Below are positions 39,541-49,370 of a stretch of 64,000 nt of DNA, piece after piece. Position 1 is the stretch's first letter. Each line of letters starts with the position of its first letter. Under the pieces are notes generated by a model. That model made no database searches. It saw only the letters and a program-made list of their open reading frames with translations, and was not told where the DNA came from. A program made the translations under genes and the position numbers. The stretch comes from an uncultured Solirubrobacterales bacterium (GTDB lineage Bacteria > Actinomycetota > Thermoleophilia > Solirubrobacterales > JBBDJG01): contig CAVSXO010000007.1 in the NCBI GenBank assembly GCA_963731895.1, positions 324 to 64,323 on the forward strand. The letters are read 5' to 3'.

Positions 39541-40721
39541 TGGTCGCGCTGGAGGGCCGCGCGCACGAGATGGCTCAGGAAGAGATTCAGAAGCAGGTCG
39601 CGTATCTGTCGCCGGACATCCGCAACGTACGATTCGATGCCGATGGCGCCGTACTCGAGTGCGACGTCCCGGACGAGCAGGCAGAGCGGCTCGGGCAAGA
39701 CGTGCGCGCGCTCGCCGATCGGATGCAGCGAAGCCTCCGGCGGCTGCAGCGCAAGGTGATCTTCCGAAGCGCGTCGTTCGAAAGCCCGGTGTTCCGTGGT
39801 GCCGGCACCCTCGACGATGTCCACATCCTGGGCACTGGTCAGGTCGCGCTGACGGGACTTCCGCTGGCGGTGTTCATGTCACTCGACCGTCTCTTCACCC
39901 AGCTCGGCGACATCTGGGATGCGCAGCCCATACGAACGCCCACACTGATTCCGACGCAGGTCCTGGCCCGGTGCGACTACTTCCGTTCGTTTCCGCAGAA
40001 CGTCACGTTTGCGAGCCATCTGCGCGAGGATCTCGAGGTCATCGATAGCTTCAGGGCCGAGGCACGACGACGCTGGACCGCCTCGACGATCGCGCGCTCG
40101 GCCGACATGGTCACCCCTGAGGTCTGCCTCTCGCCAGCGGCTGTTACCACATCTATCACCTGCATCAGAACCAGACCATCCCCGCCGCGGGAACTGCGCA
40201 CGGCGTGTGCGGCTCGTGCTTCCGCTACGAGGCAGGCGAACACCAGCGACCTGCGCCGCCTCTGGGACTTCACGATGCGTGAGGTCGTCTTCATGGGACA
40301 CGGAGAGGACGTGCTGCAGCGCGGACGACCGCGATTGCAGAGGATCGCGGATCTCCTGGACCAGCACGGTTTCGGGTCGAAATCCGAACGGCCAGCGATC
40401 CTTTCTTCATCGCACCGGATGCCGTGGCCAAGACGTACTTTCCAGCTCAGCTCCGAGACGAAATACGAGATTTCGCTGGTGCTGCCCGGACGGCCGAGCG
40501 GGTGGCGGTCGGCTCGCTGAACTATCACACCGACTTCTTCGGGCGCGCGTTCACGATGCACGTGGACGGCCGGAGGGCCGATGCACAGCGTCTGCATCGC
40601 GTTCGGCCTCGAGCGCTGGGTGCATGCCTTCCTGGCGCAGCACGGCGAGCATCCGGAAGACTGGCCGGATATCATGCGGGACGCGCCCGAGTTTGCCTCC
40701 AGGGTATCGGCGACATGCTGA
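39531..40721 (+). CDS. class II aaRS catalytic-core homologue lacking a tRNA-binding domain = candidate amino acid--[carrier protein] ligase; about 6 frame breaks
   Basis: The start (GTG 39531 or ATG 39540) overlaps the ACP stop. Conserved blocks are IRTPTLIPTQVLARCDYFRSFPQ, VCLSPAA|CYHIYH, motif-2-like GVCGSCFRYEAGE|TSDLRRLWDFTMREVVF, ASDPFFIAPDAVAKTYF|QLSSETKYEISLVLPG|VAVGSLNYHTDFFGRAF, and motif-3-like CIAFGLERWVHAFLAQHG. A bar (|) marks a frame change. Confidence 0.6.
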
Positions 40722-41707
40722 ATGCTGCTGTGCGCTCGGCGAGACGTGGGAGCCCTCCGCTCGGGCATCCAGTTCCACGACGCGGACCCATCCGCCCATG
40801 CCACCGCGGCCGCCGCGCTTCTGCGACAGGCATGGGGGCCGCCCTGTCTTCGCTACTCAGATTGGTACGTCAGGTGGCAACTGGCGTTCCCGGGAGCCGT
40901 GCGGCCACGAGCGGTGCTCGCAACCGATGGGCGGCGGACAATCGGATTCGTCGCCTTGATTCCTCGGCAGGTCCTGATCGGCGATCGAGTCGCGATCATC
41001 TACGTGTTGTCGTTCTTCTCGGTGCATCCTGACTACCGTGGTGCGCGCATCGGAACCGAGCTGGCCTCTCGGATCGTGGAGATCGCGGATCGTCCAATCG
41101 TCACCTTTACCGAGCCGGGCGCGCCATCGGAACGGCCGCTGGTCCGGTCGGCTACTGCCAGAGGATGGACGTTCAAACGGCTGGCCACGCTCCGGACTAT
41201 GCAGGCGGCCCCGGCCGCCGGGCACACTCGACGGCCATCGCGCGACAAGCCACGGTGGAGGAGTTCGTCGCGGCCGCGAAGCCTCGTGGCGGCGCGACGG
41301 TCGTCTGGAGTCAGCCGACGATCGAGCAGGCCAGGCACTACGCTAGAGACCCGCGCGGGGCCTACTTCGCGATTGCGCAAACCACGGGCGGCGTGACGCT
41401 GGGTGCCGCGCTGGTGGTGCGTTCCGAGGTCCTCACCCTCGCTGGCGCCGAGGACGTGCCATCGCTGGATGCGGTGTACCTTCATGACCATCACGCGGAA
41501 GCCCTCGGTGCGCTTCGCGCGTTTGCGCTCGAGCGTAGCGGCGGCCAATCGATCGTGACGGCCCCGAACCTCGACACGGTGCCACCCGATGCGATTCGAC
41601 TGGCTGGCTTCCGTGCGACCCAATCGGCCTTCAACGTCGCTGTGCTGAGTGACCCGAGCGAGCCAATCACCGAGCACACGACGTCAACCAACCTCGAGGT
41701 GTTCTGA
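40722..41707 (+). CDS. two-lobed GNAT/FemAB-like acyltransferase; one frame break
   Basis: ATG at 40722 directly follows the ligase stop. The first lobe has a GNAT loop (GFVALIPRQVLIGDRVAIIYVLSFFSVHPDYRGARIGTELASRIVE). A break lies at ~41,215. The second lobe lies in ORF 41165..41707. The size (~328 aa) and architecture resemble the FemAB-related proteins of PEP-CTERM loci. Confidence 0.5.
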
Positions 41708-41711
41708 GACC

Positions 41712-42851
41712 GTGAGACTTCCGCGCAACGCTCATCTCTGGCTTCCGGGACTTTTACGGTCTCGCCGCGACCGGGTGCGGGTGTCCAGGGATGGGCCGGT
41801 CGATGTTCTGCTATGCATGGCAGACCACTTCGAACCGGCGCATGGGGATCCAGGACTTACGGTCGAGCGCGCCCGTATGGACGCATGGTGCGAGCGCCTG
41901 CCGAAACTGGCAGCTCGATTTGCCGATGCCGATGGACGGCCGCCCCGGCACACCTTCTTCTTTCCCGCCGAGCAGTACCGGCGTGAGCACCTGGATCGGT
42001 TGTCGGCTCTCTGCGAGGCCGGCCTCGGCGAGGTCGAGATCCATCTGCACCACGACGGCGACACCTCGGAGGGCCTGCGCAGCACGCTGCTCGAGTTCAA
42101 GACGCGGTTAGCCACGGACCATGGGCTGCTGACGTCCGCACCCGACGGCACCGTGCTCTACGGCTTCATCCATGGCAACTGGGCGCTCGACAATGCACGA
42201 CCTGACGGTCGTCGCTGCGGAGTGAACAACGAGCTCACGGTGCTGCGCGAGACCGGCTGCTACGCCGACTTCACACAGCCGGCTGCTCCGGACATTTCGC
42301 AGACTCGCACCGTCAACTCCGTCTACTACGCAGTCGACGATCCCGATCGCGCGCGGTCGCACGACTTCGGCATCGCCGCCAAGGCCGCGCGGACACCACC
42401 GAGCGACAGTCTGCTGCTGGTCCAGGGCCCGATCGCGTTGGACTGGGATCGTCGCGTGTGTGGTGTGGCTCCGGGTCTGGACGTTGGTGCAATCGACGGT
42501 TCACCGGGCTATGCGCCAGTCCTGCGACGATTCCGAAAATGGGTCGACGCCGGCATCGGAGTACATGGCCGCCCCGAGTGGGTGTTCGTCAAGCTCCACA
42601 CCCACGGCGCACCCGAGCGAAATGCAGCAGTCCTGCTGGGTCCGAAGATGGAGGCCCTTCACGAGGACATCAATCGCGAGTTCAACGATGGCCGCCGCTA
42701 TCGTCTGCACTACGTGACCGCGCGTGAAATGGTGAACATCGTGCGCGCCGCCGAAGCCGGCGCGCACGGGAACCCCGGACGCTATCGCGACTACCTTCTG
42801 CCGCCCCCCCCTGCGGCACGGGTGAAGAAGAAGGCAGTGTTGACCGATTAG
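41712..42851 (+). CDS. putative polysaccharide deacetylase-like / metal-dependent hydrolase (divergent)
   Basis: GTG at 41712 inside ORF 41649..42851. Candidate metal/acid-base residues lie in VLLCMADHFEP, GEVEIHLHHDGDT and YGFIHGNWALDN. Further conserved-looking blocks are CGVNNELTVLRETGCYADFTQPAAP. The function call is weak. Confidence 0.35.
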   Translation: MRLPRNAHLWLPGLLRSRRDRVRVSRDGPVDVLLCMADHFEPAHGDPGLTVERARMDAWCERLPKLAARFADADGRPPRHTFFFPAEQYRREHLDRLSALCEAGLGEVEIHLHHDGDTSEGLRSTLLEFKTRLATDHGLLTSAPDGTVLYGFIHGNWALDNARPDGRRCGVNNELTVLRETGCYADFTQPAAPDISQTRTVNSVYYAVDDPDRARSHDFGIAAKAARTPPSDSLLLVQGPIALDWDRRVCGVAPGLDVGAIDGSPGYAPVLRRFRKWVDAGIGVHGRPEWVFVKLHTHGAPERNAAVLLGPKMEALHEDINREFNDGRRYRLHYVTAREMVNIVRAAEAGAHGNPGRYRDYLLPPPPAARVKKKAVLTD

Positions 42852-42870
42852 TCCAAAGTTAGGGGGATTA

Positions 42871-45210
42871 ATGATTTTTGGCGTCGGCCTTCGCACTCTC
42901 ACGACCATTCCCGTGCTCTGTCTGCTTCTCGCGTCGGGTGCAATCCGCGAAACGGCAGTCGACGCCGCAGTCTCACCCACGGGTCGTTCGCCAAAGCTTC
43001 TCTGGACGGCGGAGCGACAAGGCGTGTGGGCGCGCATGAAAGCCGACTACGAAATGAACTCGCGGTCGATGCCCGCCCAGTGGTACGGAATCCTGAAAAG
43101 GAACGCCGAGTGCGCGTGCAGGTACGGCGACAACGGGATCTGGGCAACGGTGATGTACCAGATCACTGGCGATGCGAAATACGTGAATCTCGCCTGGACA
43201 CGCCTCACCGCAGGTTTCCTGAAGTCTACGGGCAGGGCGCTGGTGGGTAACTACGCGCGCGAATACTCCCAGGAGATGGTGCTGATCTACGACTGGCTGT
43301 ACCCAGGGCTCACCGCCACTCAGCGCCAGACGTTCCTGTCGAAACTCAACGAGATGTTCTCGCTGCTGGCAGCAGGAAACCAGTACACCGGCAAGGTCCC
43401 GATTCGAACGGCCGACACGGATCAGACCGTTGGCAGCTACTTCGGCTTTGCGTTTCTCGCGCTCGCCACCGGCGACCACAACCCGGCCGGGCTGGAGCTG
43501 TTCTCGAGCAGCTTCATCGGCGGCCTCGATGCCACCGGCTCCGGACGAACCACGCTCCGTAACGCCATCAAGCAGTACGTCAGCGAGCTCGCGGCGGGCG
43601 GCGAATGGATGGAGGGATCGGAATACAACCTCGGGACCGTGCGCCTGCTCGCGATCGGAGCCGAAGGCGTCAAGACAGCGACAGGAGTCGACCACTTTCC
43701 CGAAGTCACCACCTTCCTCGACGATGCTGCGCTCAGACAGGTCTACATGATGACGCCGGATCTCAAAGGGTCGGTCCAATGGGGAGACGAGCAGAATCCC
43801 CGGCAAGTCGCCAGCCGTCTGTTCTCGTGGCAGACGACCAACGGCATCCTCGCGGGGTTGACGCAGGACGATACGAGGAGCGGACCGTACATTCAGCAGC
43901 TCGTGTACGACATCACCGAACAGTACGGCGTGACGGGATACCTCTCGAGCGAGCCATGGGCCCGCTTCTTCCTCCTGTTCAATCCGTACGCGCGCATGAC
44001 CACCCCTGATTCGTTGCCGCTGTCACGCTTCTCGCCCGGCCAGGGCATGCTCGTGGTCCGTGATGGCTGGACGGACGACAGTACGCTTGTCGCCGTTCAC
44101 ATGCCGATCAAGCATTCGGCAGTCGATCACCAGGTCAGCTATTTCGGTGACTTCCAGATATACCGCAAGGGCGCCTGGGCCGTGACTCACCCGCTTTCGT
44201 ACGCAGGTCCCTCGCTCCGCGGCGACGGTACCAACTCGATGATCATCGGGAGCTTCTCCTCGATGGCGCAGTACAAGCGTGTCACCGCCTACGAGCACGG
44301 CGCGGGCGGCAGCTACACCTACATCGCCGGAACGACCGCGGGGCAGAAGTCGTTGGAGGGCGCCTACGACCCGCCGCCCACATTCCTGCACGAGTGGACA
44401 CGCAGCGTCGTGTATCTGCCGTCGAAGGACAAGCGCTCCGATACGCTCGTGGTCTACGACCGGACGAATGCGCACCATCCGATGGAACTGCCAAAGTTCG
44501 AGCGCTACCGTCGCGCCAGCCCCGATGAACAGAGCGCGATTCTCGACATGCCGGCACTGAAACAGTGGGTGATTCATTCACCGGTCGAGCCCGAGTTGTC
44601 GTCCGACGCTATCTCGTGGGCTACACCTGAAGGTCAGCAGATCGAGGTAACCACTCTCCTGCCGCAGCAACAGCGTCGCCTGGTGTACGACGAGCGCACG
44701 CTGTGGACGAGCAGGGTCCCCCTCGCCGAGCGAAAGTGGCAGGTTCGAGTCGTGCCGAGCGTCGACCAGCAGTGGGACACCTTCCTGAATGTCGTCCAGG
44801 CGTTCGATGCGCCGACGACATTGTCGAACGGTCTGCTCCGCAGCGAGGACAAGAATGCCGAGGGCGTCCTGGTGCGACGCGGCGGCCACGACGACATGGT
44901 CCTGATGTTCAACGCCTCATCGGGACAGGCGCTTCCGGATACCCGCAAGGGAGCGCTCTCGGTCTTCGACGCCAATGCGGACTCGATGCTGAATGCCGTG
45001 CGGTTGCGGTCGAACAGTTACGTCGTGCGGTGGACCTCGGCCAGTGCCGCGACCGGTGTGCTGCTCTTCGATCTGGTGCCATCGAAAAGCTGGCGCGTGA
45101 GTGTTGACGGCGGCCCGGAGGCCGCGCTGACGGTCAGTGCCCAAGGGGTTGGCTCGGTGAACATCACAGGCGTCGGCGCTCACTCGGTGAGCGTGACGTC
45201 TACCCCGTAG
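42871..45210 (+). CDS. secreted polysaccharide-lyase-like protein (alginate-lyase-type toroid + heparinase II/III-like C-terminal domain), paralogue A
   Basis: It has a signal peptide (LTTIPVLCLLLASGA). The N-terminal half reads WATVMYQITGDAKYVNLAW...NYAREYSQEMVLIYDWLYPGL. The C-terminal half reads VDHQVSYFGDFQIYRKGAWAVTHPLSYAGP. The ORF is an intact 779 aa. The fold assignment is by resemblance only. Confidence 0.45.
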   Translation: MIFGVGLRTLTTIPVLCLLLASGAIRETAVDAAVSPTGRSPKLLWTAERQGVWARMKADYEMNSRSMPAQWYGILKRNAECACRYGDNGIWATVMYQITGDAKYVNLAWTRLTAGFLKSTGRALVGNYAREYSQEMVLIYDWLYPGLTATQRQTFLSKLNEMFSLLAAGNQYTGKVPIRTADTDQTVGSYFGFAFLALATGDHNPAGLELFSSSFIGGLDATGSGRTTLRNAIKQYVSELAAGGEWMEGSEYNLGTVRLLAIGAEGVKTATGVDHFPEVTTFLDDAALRQVYMMTPDLKGSVQWGDEQNPRQVASRLFSWQTTNGILAGLTQDDTRSGPYIQQLVYDITEQYGVTGYLSSEPWARFFLLFNPYARMTTPDSLPLSRFSPGQGMLVVRDGWTDDSTLVAVHMPIKHSAVDHQVSYFGDFQIYRKGAWAVTHPLSYAGPSLRGDGTNSMIIGSFSSMAQYKRVTAYEHGAGGSYTYIAGTTAGQKSLEGAYDPPPTFLHEWTRSVVYLPSKDKRSDTLVVYDRTNAHHPMELPKFERYRRASPDEQSAILDMPALKQWVIHSPVEPELSSDAISWATPEGQQIEVTTLLPQQQRRLVYDERTLWTSRVPLAERKWQVRVVPSVDQQWDTFLNVVQAFDAPTTLSNGLLRSEDKNAEGVLVRRGGHDDMVLMFNASSGQALPDTRKGALSVFDANADSMLNAVRLRSNSYVVRWTSASAATGVLLFDLVPSKSWRVSVDGGPEAALTVSAQGVGSVNITGVGAHSVSVTSTP

Positions 45211-45730
45211 GCGGGGGAGACGCGAGTTCCACCAACCCGACGCGGCCGTTCACTTCAACGGCGGCCGCGACGCGGTGGTCCGCGGCGATCTCCTCCCAGG
45301 CCTCGCGCATCCGCGACCCTGGCCGCTTGAAGTCGATATCGTCGAAGGCAATCATCCCGCCACTGGACATGCGCGGCCGCAACGCGTCGAACTGGGCCTT
45401 GACGAATTCATAGGTATGGATGCCATCAACGAACGCGAGATCGATCGTCCCGGGCACAACCTTCTCGACGTGATCCTCGAACGTGCCTCGCGTCAGGGTC
45501 AGGCAGTTGCCGATCGACCGGATGTTGCGCTCGGCGATGTCCGCCCATTCGCGATTGATCTCGAAGCTGTAGAGATGACCGGACCCGGCCGCCATCAGGC
45601 CGCTCGCGAAGTACATCCCGCTCACGCCGAATGCCGATCCGAATTCGACCACCGTTGCCGGCCGGCGCTGCTGCACGAGCCATGCGTACAGATCGCCGAG
45701 ATCGGCCGACGACCTCACGTCATCGGGCAT
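45200..45730 (-). CDS. class I SAM-dependent methyltransferase (O-methyltransferase-like)
   Basis: ATG at 45730 (MPDDVRSS...) inside ORF 45200..46063. Motif I reads VVEFGSAFGVSGMYFA, followed by IDLAFVDG and GGMIAFDDI. A longer N-terminus is possible. The 3' end overlaps paralogue A by 11 nt. Confidence 0.65.
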   Translation of the reverse strand: MPDDVRSSADLGDLYAWLVQQRRPATVVEFGSAFGVSGMYFASGLMAAGSGHLYSFEINREWADIAERNIRSIGNCLTLTRGTFEDHVEKVVPGTIDLAFVDGIHTYEFVKAQFDALRPRMSSGGMIAFDDIDFKRPGSRMREAWEEIAADHRVAAAVEVNGRVGLVELASPPPTG

Positions 45731-46049
45731 GCGCACACCTCCGACCTCGCCGTAGGCAAGGTCGAGCTTCTGCACGCCGAGACTGTTGGTGTTTCGCGCG
45801 ACGGCTTCGATCTGGCTCTTGCGAGGAGCCTGGGGAACGCGTTGACGAAGGTGGCTCCCGAGCCATCCGGCCCGTTTTCGCCATCGCACATTGAGACGAA
45901 CACCGATGATGCTGCGCAACATTTCGCTGTCGATTCTAGCGCGCGGCGCCATACTCACGGCCGAGATGGCACTGCAAGCCCGGCTATTTCGGACGCGATA
46001 CACTGGCTTTCTCCGGCCCGATAGGTGCAGTGCTGTGAGACACCACGAA

Positions 46050-48429
46050 ATGCGGCAGCACAATCGACTCCCCCGTCTTCCTCATCAGCCGACGCCGCGA
46101 CATCGCAGGCTGTCGCTGACGATGGCCGCGCTCCTCCTCGCGATGGGTTCGGCGACGATCGTCGAGTATCCGGAAGCGCGCCAGGCGCCGGGAGGCGTCC
46201 GGCTGGCCCAACTGGGTTCGCCTACAGGGCGCGAGCCACGTCTCATCTGGACGCCAGAGCGCCAGGCCGTCTGGTCCCAGATGCGCGCCGACTACGAAGC
46301 GAGTCCTGCGTCGCCTCGCACGCTGGGCGGTCAGGTACTACAAGCTCATCAAGACCAACGCTGAGTGCAAGTGCCGCTACGCGGACACCGGCCTTTGGGC
46401 CACCTTGATGTTCCAGATCACGGGCGATCGTCAGTACGTCGAGCTGGCGTGGAACGAGGTGGAAACGTCCTTCCTGAAGCTCACGGGACGCAGTCTCACT
46501 GGCAACTACGCGCGCGAGTACGCCCTGGAGAATGTCCTGCTCTACGATTGGCTCTATCCAGCCCTCTCGAGCGCCCAGCGCTCCGCGTTCCTCGCGAAGT
46601 TGAATGAGATGTTCACCGCGGCGCTCACGAACCCGTCGAGCCCGGCCGCTCCCGTTCGCACGGCCGACTCCGACCAGACCGTGGGTACCTATTTCGGTCT
46701 CGCCTTCCTGTACGCCGCAACCGCCGATCACAATCCACAAGCGACCGAGTTCATCAATCGCCCGTACGTCGGCGGGTTGAACGCGACCGCCCGCGACCGA
46801 TCGACGCTTCGGAATGCAATCCTCGATTACGTGACCATGGCCAACGGCGGCGAATGGATCGAGGGGACCGACTACAACCTGGGAACGGTGCGCCTGCTGC
46901 TGCTGGGAGCCGAAGGAGTCCGGACCGCGACGGGCCGGCAATACTTCCCCGAGATCGCGCGATGGATCTCGAGTGCCGTGACTCGCCCGGTCCACCTCAT
47001 CACTCCAGACCTGAAGCAGTCGTATCAATGGGGCGACACCGAGCATCCGGGCATCTTCCAGGGGAGGCTCTCGGCGTGGCAGACGACCAACGGCATTCTG
47101 GCCGGACTCGGCGATCCCGCTACGGCTCCATACGCACAGGACCTGGTGTCGCGGCTGGCCACGCGATATGGGGTCGCCGGTTATCAGACCGCTGAGCCGA
47201 TGGCTCGGATGTTTCTCACATACAACCCGTATGCGCCGGCTGCTCCGAGCAGCGCCCTGCCACGGGCGTGGTTTGCCCAGGGACAGGGCTTGCTGGTCGT
47301 CCGCAACGGCTGGGACGAGAACTCCTCGATGTTCGGCGCGCACTTTCCGGCACAGCAGCCCTACGTCGATCATCAGGTGGCCTACGTTGGGGACTTTCAG
47401 CTGTATCGAAGAGGGGCGTGGGCCGTTACTCACCCACTCACTTACGGCGGGCCTGGCATCACTGGGGAAGGCGTCAACACGTTGCTGCATTCGGGCTTCG
47501 GCTCGATGCTCGAGTTCCGCGACGTGGCGGGGGCCGAATGGGATGCCGCGGGCACCTACGCCTACGTCGCAGGGACCACGGGAGGACAGAAGTACGCGGA
47601 CAGCTACTACCAGCCGCCTCCGACGTTCCTCCACGAATGGACCAGGAGCCTCGTGTATCTGCCGGCAACCGGCGGAGGCGCCGATGCGATCGTCGTCTTC
47701 GATCGAAGCCACGCGGAACATCCTCGTCAGCTTCCCAGGTTCGAGCGCTACTCGGCGACAGATCGCAACACCATCATGGGCTCGCCTGCCCTTCGACAGT
47801 GGATCATCCACATGCCGGTGAACCCATCAATCTCCGGTGACACGATCGCGTGGCAGACGCCAACCGACGCAGTCAGAGTCACCATGCTGCTGCCACGGGA
47901 GCGGACGGTCAGCACGGTCGATGAATCTCAGAAATGGGCCGCCGCCACGGTTCGCGACGATCAGCGGAAGTGGCACGTGCGTATCGCGCCGGCAGCGGAA
48001 GGGGCATGGCACACGTTCCTGAACGTCGTCCAGGCGTACGGTGGTTCGGCGCCGGCAGACGTCAATCTGGTGACCTCGTCAGACCGCGTCGAAGGCACTG
48101 TGGTTCACAGAGCCGGACAGCCGGACATGGTCGTGCTCTTCAATGCCGCGCCAAGCTCGCGCATCGAAGGACTGCCCAATGGGCTCGGAGCCTACAACGC
48201 CGGCAACCCCGGTCAACTGCGCAGTGCGCGGCTGCGCTCGACCGGCTTCAGTGTCCAGTGGCAGAGTTCAGCGGGATCAACGCGCGTGATCGTCGCTGAC
48301 CTGGATCCGTCACGGACGTGGCAGTACCGATTGAACGGGGGTGACTCTCGCACGCTGCGAGTATCGATGTCTGGCGTGGCGACGATCGACGTCACGGGTG
48401 CGCGCAGTCACACACTTGCCGTGTCGTGA
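46050..48429 (+). CDS. secreted polysaccharide-lyase-like protein, paralogue B; one frame break
   Basis: ATG at 46050 (MRQHNRLP...LTMAALLLAMGSA) lies in the frame of ORF 45891..46364. A break lies at ~46,325, after which the sequence follows ORF 46405..48429. It is collinear with paralogue A throughout. Confidence 0.45.
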
Positions 48430-48437
48430 GCGCGGGC

Positions 48438-49346
48438 CTATCCCGGATACGACGGCGAGGCTGGTTTCATCAGCAGCGCTGAGTAGTAGGAGTGCATCAG
48501 TTCCTGCAGAACCGGCACCTTCGCCAGCGGCGACAGCAACGGCGCGAGCCTGTTGCCTTTTCCACTGAACCCGTAGACGCGGAACTGCCGCACCTCGAAA
48601 GGTGACGCCTTCATCACGCGTCGAATCTTCCGAAGCGACAACATATTCAAAGGCTCACCCGGCCGATCCCGTAGAGTGGTCACCGAGTCCCAGCGTCCAA
48701 GCCCTTCCATCCGCTCCCAGACGGTGGCCGTGTATCCAGGGCTCCGCAGCAGCGTTCGAATGGTCTTGATGATCGCGGTCTCGGAAAACAGAACCTGGCA
48801 CCAGGGAATCGGGATATGCGCGCTGGTACAGTGACTCGCAAAGTAGTTGTACCAGCCGATCGAGCCCACCCAGAGGACGCCGCCCGGTCGCAGCCAGCCG
48901 TGCACCTGTTGCAGCAGCGCACCAGGATCGACGAGGTGCTCGAACGAGTCGAAGAGAATCGCCACATCTCCGTTGCTCACGCCCGTCATGTCGTCGGGAT
49001 GACGGTAGACCACTTGTGACGATCGATCGGCGTAGCGTTCGTGCAGGATCGCCTCGCCGACCGCAAGCTCCTGCCGATTGATGTCGATGTTGGTGACGTG
49101 CCTGGCCCCGAGATCCAACCAGCCGAGCGCACGACCACCGAGACCACTTCCAACATCGAGCACGATCTTCCCCGACACGTCGAGATCGTGCATGTGCGTC
49201 TGGTAGCGCAGATTCGTGTCGCGGTATTGCTGCTCGAAATACGAAGCCTGATCGTCCTGGGCCGTGCCGGGTTGGCTGCGCAGGCGCCGCGCGAACTGGG
49301 TAACGGGGTAGCACACCGTGTAGGGCAGGTTGAGCGTGAAGGCCAT
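48438..49346 (-). CDS. class I SAM-dependent methyltransferase
   Basis: Intact 302-aa ORF. Motif I reads IVLDVGSGLGGRALGW, followed by DVAILFDSFEHL and LRPGGVLWV. Confidence 0.7.
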   Translation of the reverse strand: MAFTLNLPYTVCYPVTQFARRLRSQPGTAQDDQASYFEQQYRDTNLRYQTHMHDLDVSGKIVLDVGSGLGGRALGWLDLGARHVTNIDINRQELAVGEAILHERYADRSSQVVYRHPDDMTGVSNGDVAILFDSFEHLVDPGALLQQVHGWLRPGGVLWVGSIGWYNYFASHCTSAHIPIPWCQVLFSETAIIKTIRTLLRSPGYTATVWERMEGLGRWDSVTTLRDRPGEPLNMLSLRKIRRVMKASPFEVRQFRVYGFSGKGNRLAPLLSPLAKVPVLQELMHSYYSALLMKPASPSYPG

Positions 49347-49370
49347 ATCTGAATCACTCCGTCGTGCGTC

